This document shows, piece by piece, positions 1-14,152 of a stretch of DNA of 64,000 nt. The notes below the pieces were generated by a model. The model saw nothing but the letters and a program-made list of their open reading frames with translations, ran no database searches and had not been told where the DNA came from. The position numbers and the translations under genes were made by a program. The stretch lies in assembly GCF_009914755.1 (NCBI RefSeq), contig NC_060931.1; one strand, given 5' to 3'. Every line of letters begins with the position of its first letter. Within the stretch, counting starts at the first letter, position 1. The DNA comes from the human T2T-CHM13v2.0 reference genome, Homo sapiens.

Positions 1-239
1 CTGCTGTAATTTTAATGGCCTACTGTGTTTTTTCTCCTTATGGGGTTGTTTTTTAACACTGGATTCTCAGATTTAAATACAATGAATGCATATGTAATGA
101 TGGAATTCCAGTGTGATTGGCCAAGATGAGAATTTGGAATATTTAATTGTATTACCATCCTCGACTTTTGGCCAGTAGGCAGGTTTGCATTGCTGTACAT
201 TGCTGCTTACTGTTTTACTTCCTCTAATGTATTCTATAC

Positions 240-447
240 CAGTGCTTCTCAATCTTTAACAGATGTCAGAAGTTTTTAGAGAGGAGGTTGAAATCCAGAT
301 TCCTGAACATTATAGCCACAGATTCTGATTCAGTAGTTTTGGAGTGAAGCCCGTTAATTTGTATTTGTTAAAAAAAAAAAAAAAAAAAGGAAAAAAAAGC
401 TCCCATGATATATTAATACTGGTGGTCTGATGACGACACTTTGAGTA
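240..447. mobile_element. MER5A-like hAT-Charlie MITE with an internal poly(A) expansion
   Basis: Starts CAGTGCTTCTCAA, contains GATTCTGATTCAGTAG...GGAGTGAAGCCC and ends ACACTTTGAGTAG, as recalled for MER5A. Confidence 0.65.
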
Positions 448-734
448 GTCTACAATGCAACTTGAAGCTCACAGAAGCCCCGAGAAGAAAAGTCTGATAA
501 ATTTCTAGTTGAAATAAGACACAATCAAAACTGGCTCAAATTTCAATATTAACCTTTTGAACAGAAACATTGCTATATCATATAATCCTACAGCTAAAAT
601 TGAATATACTAAGTCAAGATGAGGAAACAGATCTACAGACCTGGGAAGATTGTTTCATATCTTAAGAGAGACAGAAAAAAATGTAGGGGTATGTATAGAA
701 GGGAATGTTTTCAAAGACGGCCAGAACAGTATCT

Positions 735-1110
735 TCCATCACTCTTTTGCAATGTTACTTTACTATTAGACCTTCAAGAAGTGATACTTTTTTGCCTTCC
801 CCTTGAATCTGGGCTGACCAGAAGGCAATGTTTGACCGATAAAGTGCAATGGAATTGAGATTGTGTAACTCCAAGGCAGAGCCTTAAGAGAACTTCAATG
901 TCTACCATTATCTCTTACTCAGATAAAAGCCAGCGCCAATTCTCAATCATGTGAGTGAAGCCATTGTGGATCTTCCGGCTCCCCCAGAGACCTAACCAAC
1001 AATACAGGAAACAGAATGGCCTGTCAACCCACAGAATTCTGAAAAATAATCAATTGTTGTTTTAAGTCACTGACAGAAAGGGAAGTTTGCTTTGTAGTAG
1101 GTAGATTTGC
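735..1110 (+). mobile_element. Old MaLR LTR (MLT1 family)
   Basis: CCCCTTGAATCTGGGCTG, CATGTGAGTGAAGCCA and AATAATCAATTGTTGTTTTAAGTCACT resemble MLT1 hallmarks; ends approximate. Confidence 0.6.
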
Positions 1111-1400
1111 AGATAACTGCAGTGATGGGTGTCCAGACCTCTCCTCCAGTAGTCTGTATATTTCACTATATATACTGTCTTCTCATTCTCCTTTCTCCTA
1201 CTTCTCATTTGTTCAGTCAACCAATGCATTTTAAAGCATTTCAAGTATTCCAGATACTACCAACTCAAAGGTTAATAAAAACACACTTGTTACCACTCTC
1301 ATCAACCTCATAATCAAGAATAGAAAATAGACTAAACAATTGTCACATATTTTGACCAAAGTACTAATATAACTAGTACAGAAGTGGTAAATAGAAACAG

Positions 1401-1430
1401 TGTGTGTGTGTGTTTATTTGTGTGTGTGTG
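1401..1430. repeat. Interrupted (TG)n microsatellite
   Basis: TGTGTGTGTGTG-TTTATT-TGTGTGTGTGTG seen directly. Confidence 0.85.
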
Positions 1431-1859
1431 CATGTGTATATTTTTAGTGGTTACAGAATCATGCATGGGAGAGGAAGAGAAGGTATTATTAAGGAATTGG
1501 TGCCTGAACATTATCATAAATTATATACCAGACAGATGAAGGCAATGAGAGAGTAATGTAAATTCACTATCATACCTTTCTCAAATGTATTACTTTTGAA
1601 TTTTGGTATCACTAACTACTCAAATAGTACATACAGATGTACGATTATATTAATGTGTATATTTACCTTGATTATATCACTAAAGTTATCATTCTCTATA
1701 AAAAGAGTATCAGAAGATAAAACACATTTCCGCTTGTATTCTCAATATTTCTCTCTCTAAAAATCTATTCAAAAAGCTGTTTTATTTGCTATTAATGTTC
1801 ACTTAAATCATGGATTAAATGACAAATCAAAAGATTATGGAAAATCTATGGGTTCCTTC

Positions 1860-2407
1860 ATCAGGAATGGGTAATCAAAATGCCCTTGAATAATTTATAA
1901 TTGAGGTAGGCTCTTTATTGATTCGAGTTTCATTTAAGACGAGAGAAACCTGTAATACAGAATAGAACGTATCACTAGCTATTCCTGTGGCTTAAAAACT
2001 GTCTGGTGATCTGAAAAGTAAGGCAGATTAAGCTTCAGGCAGAATATCCAAGAAGTGTCCAGCCCCAGAAATTGTCTCACTGCTGCTACACCCAGGGACA
2101 TTGCACCTACCAATGAAGAAAGTTGCTGAAAATCAGGAAATTGGTGGCTCAGGTCTATGCTGCCTGTGTCACCACCTGAAGAGCAGAATTATGGTCTCTA
2201 TCCTAATTAACTTAGTTCAAAATTCAAGTTGACCATCAAAGTACCAGATTGGAGGACCCCAAATCACAACTGAAATCTTAGCCACAAGGACATCTGAGAA
2301 ATGCTTTACTTTTTCTTTTTAATCTCCAAGCATTACAGTACTAGACGTCCCAGAAGAAAGAGGTTGGAATACATGTTTAAGGGAACCAAGCCACAGAATC
2401 CACTACA
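1860..2407 (-). mobile_element. Probable very old MaLR LTR (MLT1K/L-like)
   Basis: AGCTTCAGGCAGAATATCCAAG, CCACAAGGACATCTGAGAAATG and terminal GCCACAGAATCCACTACA are MLT1-like but highly diverged. Confidence 0.4.
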
Positions 2408-4069
2408 AAGACTAACCATAATCTTAACAAATGAATAAAGAAGTCAGCTGCAGACTGGAAAAATTATACTCTCCTCATTCAACTGTGAATGTTGAAAAGA
2501 AGGTCAGATTGATTTATCTGCCATATTAGAGAAGACTATACTCAAGAACCACATCCAAAACCACTAGGAGCAAGGAAAGTACACTATTGATTTAAGTTAA
2601 AATTGTTTGTTAAAAAATATGGGCACGATTTTTGAAAACATTTACACAAACACATTATATTTCTTTAAAGCTAATACAATGCATTTATTATTTCTTCTAT
2701 GTTTAACTATATTTATTTTTGTTATAAATTTAAGTCTGTTTTAATATATTTATACCAGATAAATATTAAAAACTTTTGTTTGATGGTATATTTGATACTA
2801 CATAATTTTAATTAATGTATTATGTTTTGATAATATAAGGTTATTCTTTTTACTTTTGAACATTTTAAAATAAAATACTTCAGGGATATTGATAAGAATA
2901 TACACTTAGTTTCTTAACCTTTTGATTTGAACAAATTGTCATTTCCTCTCATAATGTGCTCACATAACAGAGCCTACTGGGTAAATGCAAGATGAAATAA
3001 TACTCATAAATACTCCTAAAATCATAAAAGTAAACTTATGGCTTATTTACAACAAAACTTTCAGAAAGGACACATTTGGGAAGTTTTAATTCCAAGTAAA
3101 AAAAATTTAGGTACAAATAATTTATCTGAAAACAAGAAAAAGTATTTTCTCAGAGGAAGCATATATTTTGTAAATGTGAATATTGGCAAAAATTTAAAAT
3201 AATTAATTTTCTGGCAATCGACTCTATTCTGAATGACTTCTTGAAGTCTATGAATTTTATTAACTTTCAAATCCCCATCTAGAAAACAGAGTTAAAATCT
3301 TATCAAAAGATAAACTGTGAGGAAAGGAAGCTCTGTGGTTCAGTGAAAAGTCAGATATTGTTAACGAGCGTGAACTGCAGCTGTAACACATGAATCATCA
3401 TAAGAAGCTGAAAGTCTCACTGTTCAGTGCACAAAACTATTAGTCTAATTTGGCCTCAGCTAAGTGGCAGAGAGTTGGCAATGAGCCAGCTGGAGAGCTG
3501 GATGCAGTTATAGTGATTAATTGGATTTTTCTTCTATAAAGCATAGGCAGCTAAGGCTTATTCCCACAAGGACAGAGTAATGATACCAAATACAAGGACT
3601 AAAGACAGGATTGGTAATGTCTAGAATAAAATTTTGTAGATATTTTTTGCTGTCTTCAAAAACAGATCCTAGAAGTCACTTAATGAAATTCAAAAAACCT
3701 TCTGCCATGCTTCCAGGCCAGCACCATGGAAAGGATTGATTTCATATGCCCCTCCCCCAAGTACCATCTTGTGGATAATCACAGATTATTGTTATTTCTG
3801 AATGCTAGGGCTATGAACAATTTTTTGAACAATTTTTAATAACATTTTTGCTTATCTCTATTATTTTTCAAAATAAACATATTTTTGTAAAGAAAAACCT
3901 ATAAAATATCAAAAAGGTATTTTGCAACCCTCTTCAAAAAAGCAAGTTTTAAAATATAAGTTATAACAGAAATTTTTTTTTCTGCTTTGAACTCTGATAA
4001 AGCTATTTCAATGTAGATTCAACAGAGTCACCCGTGAAAAGAAAATATTGCAGCCTATGGAGTATTTTT

Positions 4070-4240
4070 ATTCACAGCATATTATTTGATGACCACAAAA
4101 ATTCTATCAAGTAGGTGGAGCGAACGTTATTTTTTCCATTTTACAAAGGAGATTGTAATAGCTCCACAGAAATAAATGTTTCGTCCAAAGATACCATAGC
4201 TGGTAAATAGCAAAAACAAATTTCCAGTTTGGGCTCTGTA
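4070..4240 (-). mobile_element. MIR SINE
   Basis: TTATTTTTTCCATTTTACAAAGGAGA...CCAAAGATACCATAGCTGGTAAATAGCA matches the MIR core. Confidence 0.65.
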
Positions 4241-5053
4241 TCATTTAAAAAGCAATCTCAATCCCCTCTCCCACATCAAAATAAGCAAACAAAAAATTCC
4301 ACAAAAATGTTTTAGATTTTAAAAAATCAAATAGTTAAAAATGTTTATATGCTACCAGAAACACTCTAAATTGTTTAAAAGAGAGTTCACCTAAGACATG
4401 ATCTGGCAATGCTGAATGGAGGAAGGGAGAGGACTTTCTCAGCACTCTCCTCCATTCCCAGGTAACCAATAAATTTATCCTACCAGGGCGTTAGCATCCT
4501 TACTTTGTTGTTCTACCCAAAGCAGTGACACTAATGGAGGAAATATGGCCAGGTAAGAGAAGCCCTTCTGACTGGCTGAGGGGAGTGGCACTTTGGCTGG
4601 TAAGAGCCTCTTCAGTTCTCCTTACCATTTTGACAAGCCTTGACTAAATTAGAAGATCAAAGAATATTTACATCAACTAATCACAGTATCATATGTCATT
4701 GACAAATGATAAAAACCCCAAATACTAAAATTCTCAGGGAATATTTAAACAGACAATAGATGATAGAAGGCTTTCTAGTATATTCTGTAACTGTCTCAAA
4801 AGAGATTGAAGAAAAGCACATAATAGATGAAGCATTTTAATATTGAAAATTACAATATACATCAAAATGTTCAGGTTGAATATTGAGTAAAATTTTAACA
4901 GTTTTGCTCTTATAAAATAACTCACTGAATTGAGCTACATCCTGCAGAAGCTTTTCTGTACCACCTTGTGGTCCCTTTAAGTTACAAATGGGATTTTTGT
5001 AGGTTATTGCTTCTTTTAACCTTAACAGAAATTTCACATTAAATTAAATTTTC

Positions 5054-5804
5054 TGCTCATCATCACTGGTCATCAGAGAAATGCAAATAAAAACCACAAT
5101 GAGATACCATCTCACACCAGTTAGAATGGCAATCATTAAAAAGTCAGGAAACAACAGATGCTGGAGAGGATGCAGAGAAATAGGAACGCTTTTACACTGC
5201 TGGTGGGAGTGTAAATTAGTTCAACCATTGAGGAATACAGTGTGGTGATTCCTCAAGGATCTAGAACTAGAAATACCATTTGACCCAGCCATCCCATTAC
5301 TGGGTATATTCCCAAAGGATTATAAATCATGCTACTATAAAGACACATGGCACACGTTTATTGCGGCAGTATTCACAACAGCAAAGACTTGGGACCAACC
5401 CAAATGTCCATCAATGATAGACTGGATTAAGAAAATGTGGCACATATTATACACCATGGAATACTATGCAGCCATAAAAAAGGATGAGTTCATGTCCTTT
5501 GCAGGGACATGGAGGAAGCTGGAAACCATCATTCTCAGCAAACTATCACAAGGACAGAAAACCAAACATCGCATGTTCTCACTCATAGGTGGGAACTGAA
5601 CAATGAAAACACTTGGACACAGGGTGTGGAACATCACACACTGGGGCCTGTTGTGGGTGGGGGTTGGGGGAGGGATAGCATTAGGAGAAATAGCTAATGT
5701 AAATGATGGGTGCAGCAAACCAACATGGCACATGTATACCTATGTAACAAACCTGCATGTTGTGCACATGTACCCTAGAACTTAAAGTATAATTTTTAAA
5801 AAAT
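5054..5804 (+). mobile_element. 5'-truncated L1PA (about PA5-PA7): ORF2 3' end and 3'UTR
   Basis: ORF2 C-terminal peptide [11 protein letters not shown]...[11 protein letters not shown]-rich 3'UTR, probable TSD TTAAATTTTC at 5044-5053 and 5805-5814. Confidence 0.95.
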
Positions 5805-6494
5805 TTAAATTTTCAAATGAAAATTCCATTTCTATAGTGGCCAAAAGCCTTTATATAAATACAGTAAAATGTATTTTCTTTTGACAGCCAAAGCACTGCC
5901 AGCAACAGCGTCTATGCCAGGAAGGAAATTAAATATTTATTTCAGGAAGGAGAATATTTAATTTTGTTGTGCTTTTGGATTATGATTAATCAAAAATTCC
6001 AAATGTGTTCTTATGTGTAGCTTCTGAATATCATCATCTTCTTAACAAAATTAATAAGAATAGACAAAATTTATTAAGAATGATTAGTAGAATGGAAATA
6101 CAAAGTGTTATGAAAGGGACAAAATTTTCTGTTTATTACCTTCTATTATGCAAAGCAATTAGACACTTTTGTGCCATAAATTTAACATTTGTCCTATGTT
6201 TCCAAACTCAGCCATTCCCAAATTTTTAACTGTGTACATCCTTCTGTGAGGGAGCCCAATGGTGACAATATAGATTAGATTTTGAGAATTAAAAATAAAA
6301 GGTTAAAAATTTATTTTAGCAATAGAAACACATTCTGTACCTTGGCCAGTTCTAAGCATTTTTAAGATCCTTTAAAAGTAGTATCATCAATTATCAGATA
6401 TAGGCAGATTGAAATCAGATATTTTTAGCCTCCCAAATTAGCAACAAGAAAAGTCAGGTAATTTCCAATACTAGAGATAACCTGAGGAACTAGT

Positions 6495-6950
6495 TTCTCT
6501 CATCCATTTGGGTGGGAATTTAATTTTGTCCAATCTTCTTGTAAAATAAAATTGAGAATATTTTCTAAGAGTCACAAAAATATTCATGTGATTTGACCTA
6601 TCTCTATCTCTGAAATATGAAAATGGGAAATTTCATACATAATCATTGAAGAACTATTTTAATAAAAAAAGACATAAACTACCAAGAGTAGATGGTATGT
6701 ACCAGTTATATATATATATATGTATGAAACCTGTAAAATAATATAGAAAAATGCCTAAAAAGACAAAGTTAAACCACAAGATCCTAATTTACACACATAC
6801 ATGATTACAATTTTATTTACAAATATATAAAAAGAAACATTTCAAAATCTTAGCAATGATCACATTTGGGTGGTAGCAGGGCTATGAATAATTTTTATTT
6901 TTTCTTTTTTTATATATTGTATAATAAACATATAACCTTGAATTCAGAAA
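6495..6950 (+). mobile_element. Degraded L1ME-type 3' fragments
   Basis: GGTGGGAATTTAATTTTGTCCAATCTTC...TTTGACCTA and AGCAATGATCACATTTGGGTGGTAG resemble ancient L1 3' ends. Confidence 0.45.
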
Positions 6951-7666
6951 AATTGAAAACAAAAAATAAAAGAAGTAGAAACATGTGATCTAAGTTTCAG
7001 TGTAGCCATAAATTCAATTTTTTCCCTTATATGAATGATATCACTATTGATTCTTAAGGCTTATATATTGTATTTAGAAGCTCTTAGTATATTGATCCAC
7101 CTCATGACATTGATTAATAATTGAAAAGAAAGACAAATAAAACTAACAAGCACGTCTAGTGAGTTAGTAGAGACAGCAAGTGATTAATTTTGCTTTTTAT
7201 TTCATGCGTTACACTGAATAAGACTGAATCCTTGGTAGAACTGAAGCATTTTTTTCAAATGATAAAATCCAACCCTCAGACACAGTCAGGATAGGATATC
7301 TCTAACGGTTTAGTTTTGCTCTTCAAATAGTGACCAATCCCAAGGAACTCTGAGATTTGTTCACGTTACTTAAAGACGTAGTCCAAGTGCATACATAAAA
7401 GTTAATTATATTTAAAAATAAAATTAATTTCCGGGCCAAATTTGATGTAATTTATATTACAAATTTCTGTGGAGATATATAGGTCTTGGTGTCTAATGAT
7501 TCTATTAGACACTCTGTTCTGTGTTTTTTTCTATTCTTAAGTTATATTTGTAATACACTGATGATGTTAAAATTATATTCTTTTCAGGGCAATCTCAGAA
7601 GATCATTTAAAAATATAATTAATAATTATTTGCACTAAAAATTGAAAATACTAAATACCAGAATAA

Positions 7667-8042
<376 letters not shown>

Positions 8043-8117
8043 TAATAGAACCAATTGAGAGTTACGGAGTTAAATTTCCTAGAGGCTTATAAAATTAGAA
8101 TGACTTATAACCCAATG

Positions 8118-8133
8118 GTGACATCTATTGGAA
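8118..8133 (-). promoter_or_regulatory. Candidate CTCF motif
   Basis: Minus strand TTCCAATAGATGTCAC fits the CCANYAGRKG(G/T)CA core; motif match only. Confidence 0.3.
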
Positions 8134-10630
8134 AACCTCCCTAGATTTAATATTCTCAAAAGAGTTTATTAAATCTAGAGTTTACTTGCTTATTATTGAC
8201 CAATTAATCTAATGTATGTAATTCCGCTACTACAATCTTTGTTTCTATCTCTGTAACTTCCTGATATCCTGATTGGACCTTTTATGAGGGTTTTGGGGTA
8301 TTATTTTAATATTAAATTTTTCTTTTTATAAAAAAGTATGGTTTTGTTATTTGGTCGCTTAAACTTTTACCTTTTTATTTGATTAAACTTCTTAAGGTAT
8401 TACATAGATTCCTCTGCCAAAATGCACTTCAAAATATTTTGCATTTATAACTGACATTTGGGATTTATTTAAGGCAAATCTAATAGTATTCAGGATTAGC
8501 CAGTTATGATCATCAGACTGGTAAGATAATTTTCAGCTCTTAAGCAAGTCACTGAGTTCCTGAAGCTCAGTGGAGGAGTGAAATACAGCTCTGGGAACAA
8601 AGTCAAGTCCCCAGGGTAAGGTCATCCTGAAGTGGTAAAGAATAAGGAAAGGCAGGGATAACATCAGGAAGGAAGTTTTTCTGTGGGTCTTGAGAGGATG
8701 CTTTTGTGCAGGCTTGGTGGGACACACTAGAATACACACAGGCATTGAGTGAATTGTCTATTGTCTCTGTGTTTGTGTTTCTACGCACTGTCTGTGAGCC
8801 CATGAAAGGAGGGGCTGTGCTAGTTTCTGGTCCACACCCTTTAGTCACAGTATATAACCTCTCGAGGTGGCTGCTACCCCACTGGCATTCAATAATATTA
8901 TTGAACAAAGTGATTCCATTTCATCTTTAATATTCCATCACCGTATTTGCTTTAAAACCTAGATTGTTTACACTGGTTCTTATTTACTATTGCCAACCCC
9001 ATCCCCATCCCCAGAATGACTATAACTGGTATTTATCTGCCAATGGAGCCTGGAAACAAATACAACCACCTCCTTATGCCCTCACCCGCAAAAACAGCCC
9101 TGTCAAGCTGCAAGCCAAATAAAGCAAATACAATTTAATAACCATTTTTTTAAAGCTGCTAAAAAAAATAGAAGGGACCTTGTTTTTCAAGTTAATTAAA
9201 CCTCTGTGTTACATAGGTTGTATGAATAAATTTAAATTTTACTTTTTGCCTGTGATGGCAATTGCAAATTGGCCTAAATACTTGGTGATAAATAATTCTT
9301 TTCTATTTTCTGTGTACTAAGGATTTACTCTGAGTGCCTAAATATGATGATAATTCATCCAAAGGTAGAATCCTAGCATTCCTAATCAGAGCAAGGTCAA
9401 GAGCATTTGCAGCTTGTACTCTATATAGCTACACTTGCCTTTTTCCCATGCAAGTGTTGAATTTCTGAAAAACAGAAATAAATTAAAATATTAGATGGGA
9501 TATTTAACATAATATGCAAAGGATTGATGATATTAAGTAATATACTAATTTTCATATTACTTTTAATCTAGATGTACTGAAAATATAATTTTAGTGGCTT
9601 TATAAAAAGCACTGACGTAAGCAAAAACTATTTGGGGATAAATAATGAAAAGACATTTCTACAATTTATATGCAAGGAAAGCCTTCAAAGAGGTTGAAAT
9701 ATCTAAAGTCTTGCAAAGTTGACTCGATTAGTCATGACAGGCTATCTGTTGTAATAAACAGCACCAATATCTCAGCTCACATTCCTTCGCAGTCATTCGG
9801 TTTTTTCCAGTTAGTGCTTCCACCATCCCCTATGGCCTGAAAGTCTTTGCATCCTCACCATCCACTGCTGTATGACAGAAGAGAGCAAGTGTGGAAGAAT
9901 CTATACATTTATAGGGGTCAGGTGATGTGTCCAACATACTTGAATTCTAATTCAAAATAATTTTTTATTTAGATGGGGCTACATTTAAAGGCTTTATAAA
10001 GTAAGTCAATATAAAGAGAACCATGAGATAATTAACAATTATCTATTGTTAATATTGAATTTCACTGATAAGGCAAAAACAAATTTTAAAGAAGTTTGTG
10101 AATGACTGAAATGTGGCATCTAAGGTCCATTCCAGGTCAAAATTCTATTACTCCATGACCTGGGTCTGATTTCCCCCACATTCCTCAGTTTCAGGTAAGT
10201 CATTTCTAGTTAAGTCTATGTTCCTTGGCCCATGGTTTTTCTGAGCAAAAGTTATGGATATGTTCAGTTAATGGTGTATCCTCAAGATGCAATAGAACCA
10301 AGAGGAACTATAAGCATGTGGTACACTGACCACAGTCTGAAGGATCAGTATTTCCATTTCCCAAACATGCTGTGACCTAGAAGTTGTTAAGAAACACCAA
10401 GATATGTATATAAACAACCCCTAGACCTGATTGGTTTTAAAGCACCTTATAGCAGAGATGATAGTTTCCTTTTTTCAATGAAACGTCAGGTTTGAAAAAT
10501 CTAGAGAAATCCATAAAAAAAGCAAAGTGAGGCATTATACATGAGTCATGACATTTTTGACATTTGCTTAAAAGTTCCTGCTTGGCCTAACAGAATAAAC
10601 TCAGAAGACTTCTGGCTAAGGGTCATCCAC

Positions 10631-11008
10631 TGTTATGGGCTAATTATCTCTCCCCCAAATGTATATGCTGAATCCCTCATCCCCCACATTACCTCAGAAT
10701 GTGACTGTATTTGGAGATAAAGTCTTTAAAGAGGTAGCTAAAGTTAAATGAGGTCACTAGGGTGGGCTTTAGTTTGAGATGACTACTGGTTCTTGCAAGA
10801 GATTAGGATATAGACCCTCAGACAGGAAAACATGGGGAGAAGATGGCCATCCACAAACTAAGAGAGAGACCTCAGCAGAAATTGACCCTAGTGACACCTT
10901 GATCTCAGACTGACTTCTAGCCTCCAGAACTATAAGAAAATGAATATCTGTTGTTCAAGCAACCAAGTCTGTGGTTCTTTTTCATGGAAGCCTTAGCAAA
11001 TTAATACA
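10631..11008 (+). mobile_element. MaLR solo LTR (MLT1A/MLT1B)
   Basis: TGTTATGGGCTAA...CCTCAGAATGTGACTGTATTTGGAGATA...GACTTCTAGCCTCCAGAACT...AAATTAATACA; TG...CA ends. Confidence 0.9.
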
Positions 11009-11638
11009 CCTGTGTTTACTAAAATTCTACACCTCAGTGTTTTAGAACACATGGTCTTCCAACTCCTGAAGTTATTTCCGTTTTCTCTAGAATAGATTAA
11101 ATGATCATTGTGAACTAAAGACAGCCATCTTATCCAAGTAACTTTTTTTTCTTTTTAACGGTTCAGAGATTAGTCACGGCTATAGATTATTGAAGCTGAG
11201 CCCATAGTTTCCCAATCACTACGGCACTCTTCCAGGCATCAATACAGAATTGGGTGTTTAGGGTAGGCTTTAAGATACACAACAAAAATCTCACTTAGAA
11301 ATCCTTTGTACCACTATCCTTTTGTCTTGAGAGGAATCCCTCTGAGAGACTTGATTCCCAAGTAATACTTAGGTCTATATGGCCGTATGCTAGGGATTCA
11401 GCCAATTTGCAGAACTCTCCTAAGTTTAGAGGCTGATCCTCAGAGAGACGTTATCTTTAGAGCAAAAGTCTCTAAAGCACAATTTAGTAAACCACTGTTC
11501 ACTATGAGTATCCCAAACAGAGAAAGAGGAGGAGAGGGAGGCTGGAAAAGTTTGAATCTGTGTCCCTTTATAAGAGACAATTTAATGTTATTTCTATCCA
11601 AAAAACATAAAGAAAAAGTAAGTCTTGAAAGTGGGACA

Positions 11639-13763
11639 CAACATCACACTGAATGGGCAAAAGCTGGAAGCATTTCCCTTGAAAACTGGCACAAGACAAG
11701 GATGCCCTCTCTCGCTACTCCTATTCAACACAGTATTGGAAGTTCTGGCCAGGGCACTCAGGCAAGAGAGAGAAATAAAGCACATTCAAACAGGAAACAA
11801 AGAAGTCAAACTATCCCTGGTTGCAGATGACATGATCCTATATCTAGAAAACCCCATCATCCCAGCCTAGAAGCTTCTTAAGCTGACAAGCAACTTCAGC
11901 AAAGTCTCAGGATACAAAATCAATGTGCGAAAATCACTAGCATTCTTATAAACCAACAACAGACAAGCCGAGAGCCAAATCACTAACAAACTCCCATTCA
12001 CAATTGCCACAAAAAGAATAAAATACCTAGGATTGCAGCTAACTATGAAGGTGAAAGACATCTACATGGAGAACTACAAACCACTGCTCAAATAAGTCAG
12101 AGATGACACATACAAATGGAAAAACATTCCATACACATGGATAGGAATAATCAATATTGTTAAATTAGCCATACTTTCCAAAGCAGTTTATAGATTCAAT
12201 GCTATTCCCATTAAACTACCATTGACGTTCTTCACAGAACAGAAAAAACTATTTTAAAATTAGTATGAAACCAAAAAAGAACCCAAATAGCCAAGGCAAT
12301 CCTAAGCAAAAAGAACAAAGCTGGAGGCATCATGCTACCCAACTTCAAAGTACTCTAAAGGGCAACAGTAACCAAAACAGAGTGATATTTGCACAAGAAT
12401 AGACACATAAACCAATGGAACAGAATGGGGAACCTAGAAATAAGACTACACATCTACAGCTATCTGATCTTCCACAATGCTGACAAAAACAAGCAATGAG
12501 GAAAGGATTCCCTGTTCAACAAATGGTGCTGGGATAACTGGCTAGCCATATGCAGAAGACTGAAAGTGGACTCCTTCCTTACACCATATACAAAAATTAA
12601 CTGAAGATGGAACATAGACTTAAATGTAAAACTTAAAACTATAAAAACCCTGGAAGACAACCTGGGCAATACCATTCAGAATATAGGCACAAGCAAAGAT
12701 TTCATGACAAAGACATCAAAAGCAATTGCAACAAAAGCAAAAATTGCCAAATGGAATCTAATTAAACTAAACAGCTTCTGTACAGCAAAAGAAACTATCA
12801 AAAGGGTAAGCAGACAACCTACAGAATGGGAGAAAATATTTGCAAACTATAAAACTGACAGAAGTCTAATATCCAGCATCTATGAGAAGCTTAAACAAAT
12901 TTACAAGAAAAATACAAGCAACCCCATTAAAAGCTGGGCAAAGGACATGAACAGACACTTCTCAAAAGAACACATACAAGGGGCCAACAAGCATATGATA
13001 AAAAGCTCAATATCACTGATCAGTAGAGAAATGCAAATCAAAACCACAATGAGATACCATCTTACACCAGCCAGAATAGGTGTCACAAAGAAAAGTCAGA
13101 AGATAAGAGACTCTGGCAAGGTTGCAGAGAAAAGGGAATACTTAGGCAATGCTGGTAGAAATGTAAATTAGTTCAACCATTGTGAAAGCAGTGTGGTGAT
13201 TTTGGAAAGAACTTAAAACAGAAGTACCATTTGACCCAGAAATCCAATTATTGTGTATATACTCAAAGGAATATAAATTGTTCTACCATAAAGACACAGC
13301 ATGTATGTTCATCACTGCGCTATTCACAATAGCAAAGACATGGAGTCACCCAAGTCTCCATCAATTGTAGACTGGATAAAGAAAATGTGGTACATATACA
13401 TCATGGAATACTATGCAGCCATAAAAAAAGAATGATATAATGTTCTTTGCAGGGATATGGATGGAGCTGGAGGCCATTATCCTCCTAACACAGGAACAGA
13501 AAACCAAATACCATATGTTCTCACTTATAAGTGGAAGCGAAATGATGAGAACACATAGACACAGAGGGGAACAACACACACTAGGGCCTATCGGATAATG
13601 GAGGTTGGTAAGAGGGAGAGGATAAGAAAAATAACTAATGGGTATTAATTAGCCTTAATACCTGGGTGATGAAATAATCTGTACAACAAACCCTCATGAC
13701 ACAAGTTTACCTATGTAACAAACCAGCATATGTAGCCCTGAACTTAAAATAATGTTTTTTTTT
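11639..13763 (+). mobile_element. 5'-truncated older L1PA (about PA13-PA16): ORF2 RT-to-C-terminus and 3'UTR
   Basis: ORF2 peptides ([24 protein letters not shown]) with many stops; TSD AAAGTG(G/A)GACA at 11628-11638 and 13764-13774. Confidence 0.95.
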
Positions 13764-13800
13764 AAAGTGAGACATTTTAACATGCATTTATAAACCACAG

Positions 13801-14060
13801 CAGTGTTTCCCAAAGTGGTTCTCTTGGAACACACTAGAAGGGTTCCGTAATCAAATGGATTAGAAAAATACTGCACTCTCTATCACCCCAGGACTCACAA
13901 TTTTCATAGATATGTAAAAGGCCCCAAAAAATCTTCCAGTTATACATAAAATTTTGAAACCTTTAATTCTCTTAAATCCAGAATTTCTCAAACCGATCTG
14001 ACCATGAAACCATTATTAGAATTATTAGCAAGCATCCCATGGTACCACGGTTTGGGAATA
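13801..14060. mobile_element. hAT-Charlie relic (Charlie4/MER113-like)
   Basis: Starts CAGTGTTTCCCAAAGTG and ends CGGTTTGGGAATA, consistent with terminal inverted repeats. Confidence 0.5.
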
Positions 14061-14118
14061 TAATTTAGAACAAGAGTCATAAAGAAATAATCATAGTGAT
14101 GAAACTGTCTATACAGGT

Positions 14119-14152
14119 GACTATAGTCATGCACCACCATACCTGGCTAATT
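14119..14152 (-). mobile_element. Isolated 34-bp internal Alu fragment
   Basis: GACTATAGTCATGCACCACCATACCTGGCTAATT versus Alu antisense GACTACAGGCATGCACCACCATGCCTGGCTAATT. Confidence 0.55.

Noticed and set aside
3061-3290. Minus-strand acceptor at 3278 with a 69-aa ORF
   Set aside because: AT-rich low-complexity translation and no clear donor; cannot be separated from chance
4926-4974. Possible 49-nt minus-strand exon (donor GTGAGT)
   Set aside because: The acceptor is AAG with a poor pyrimidine tract and the peptide is unrecognised
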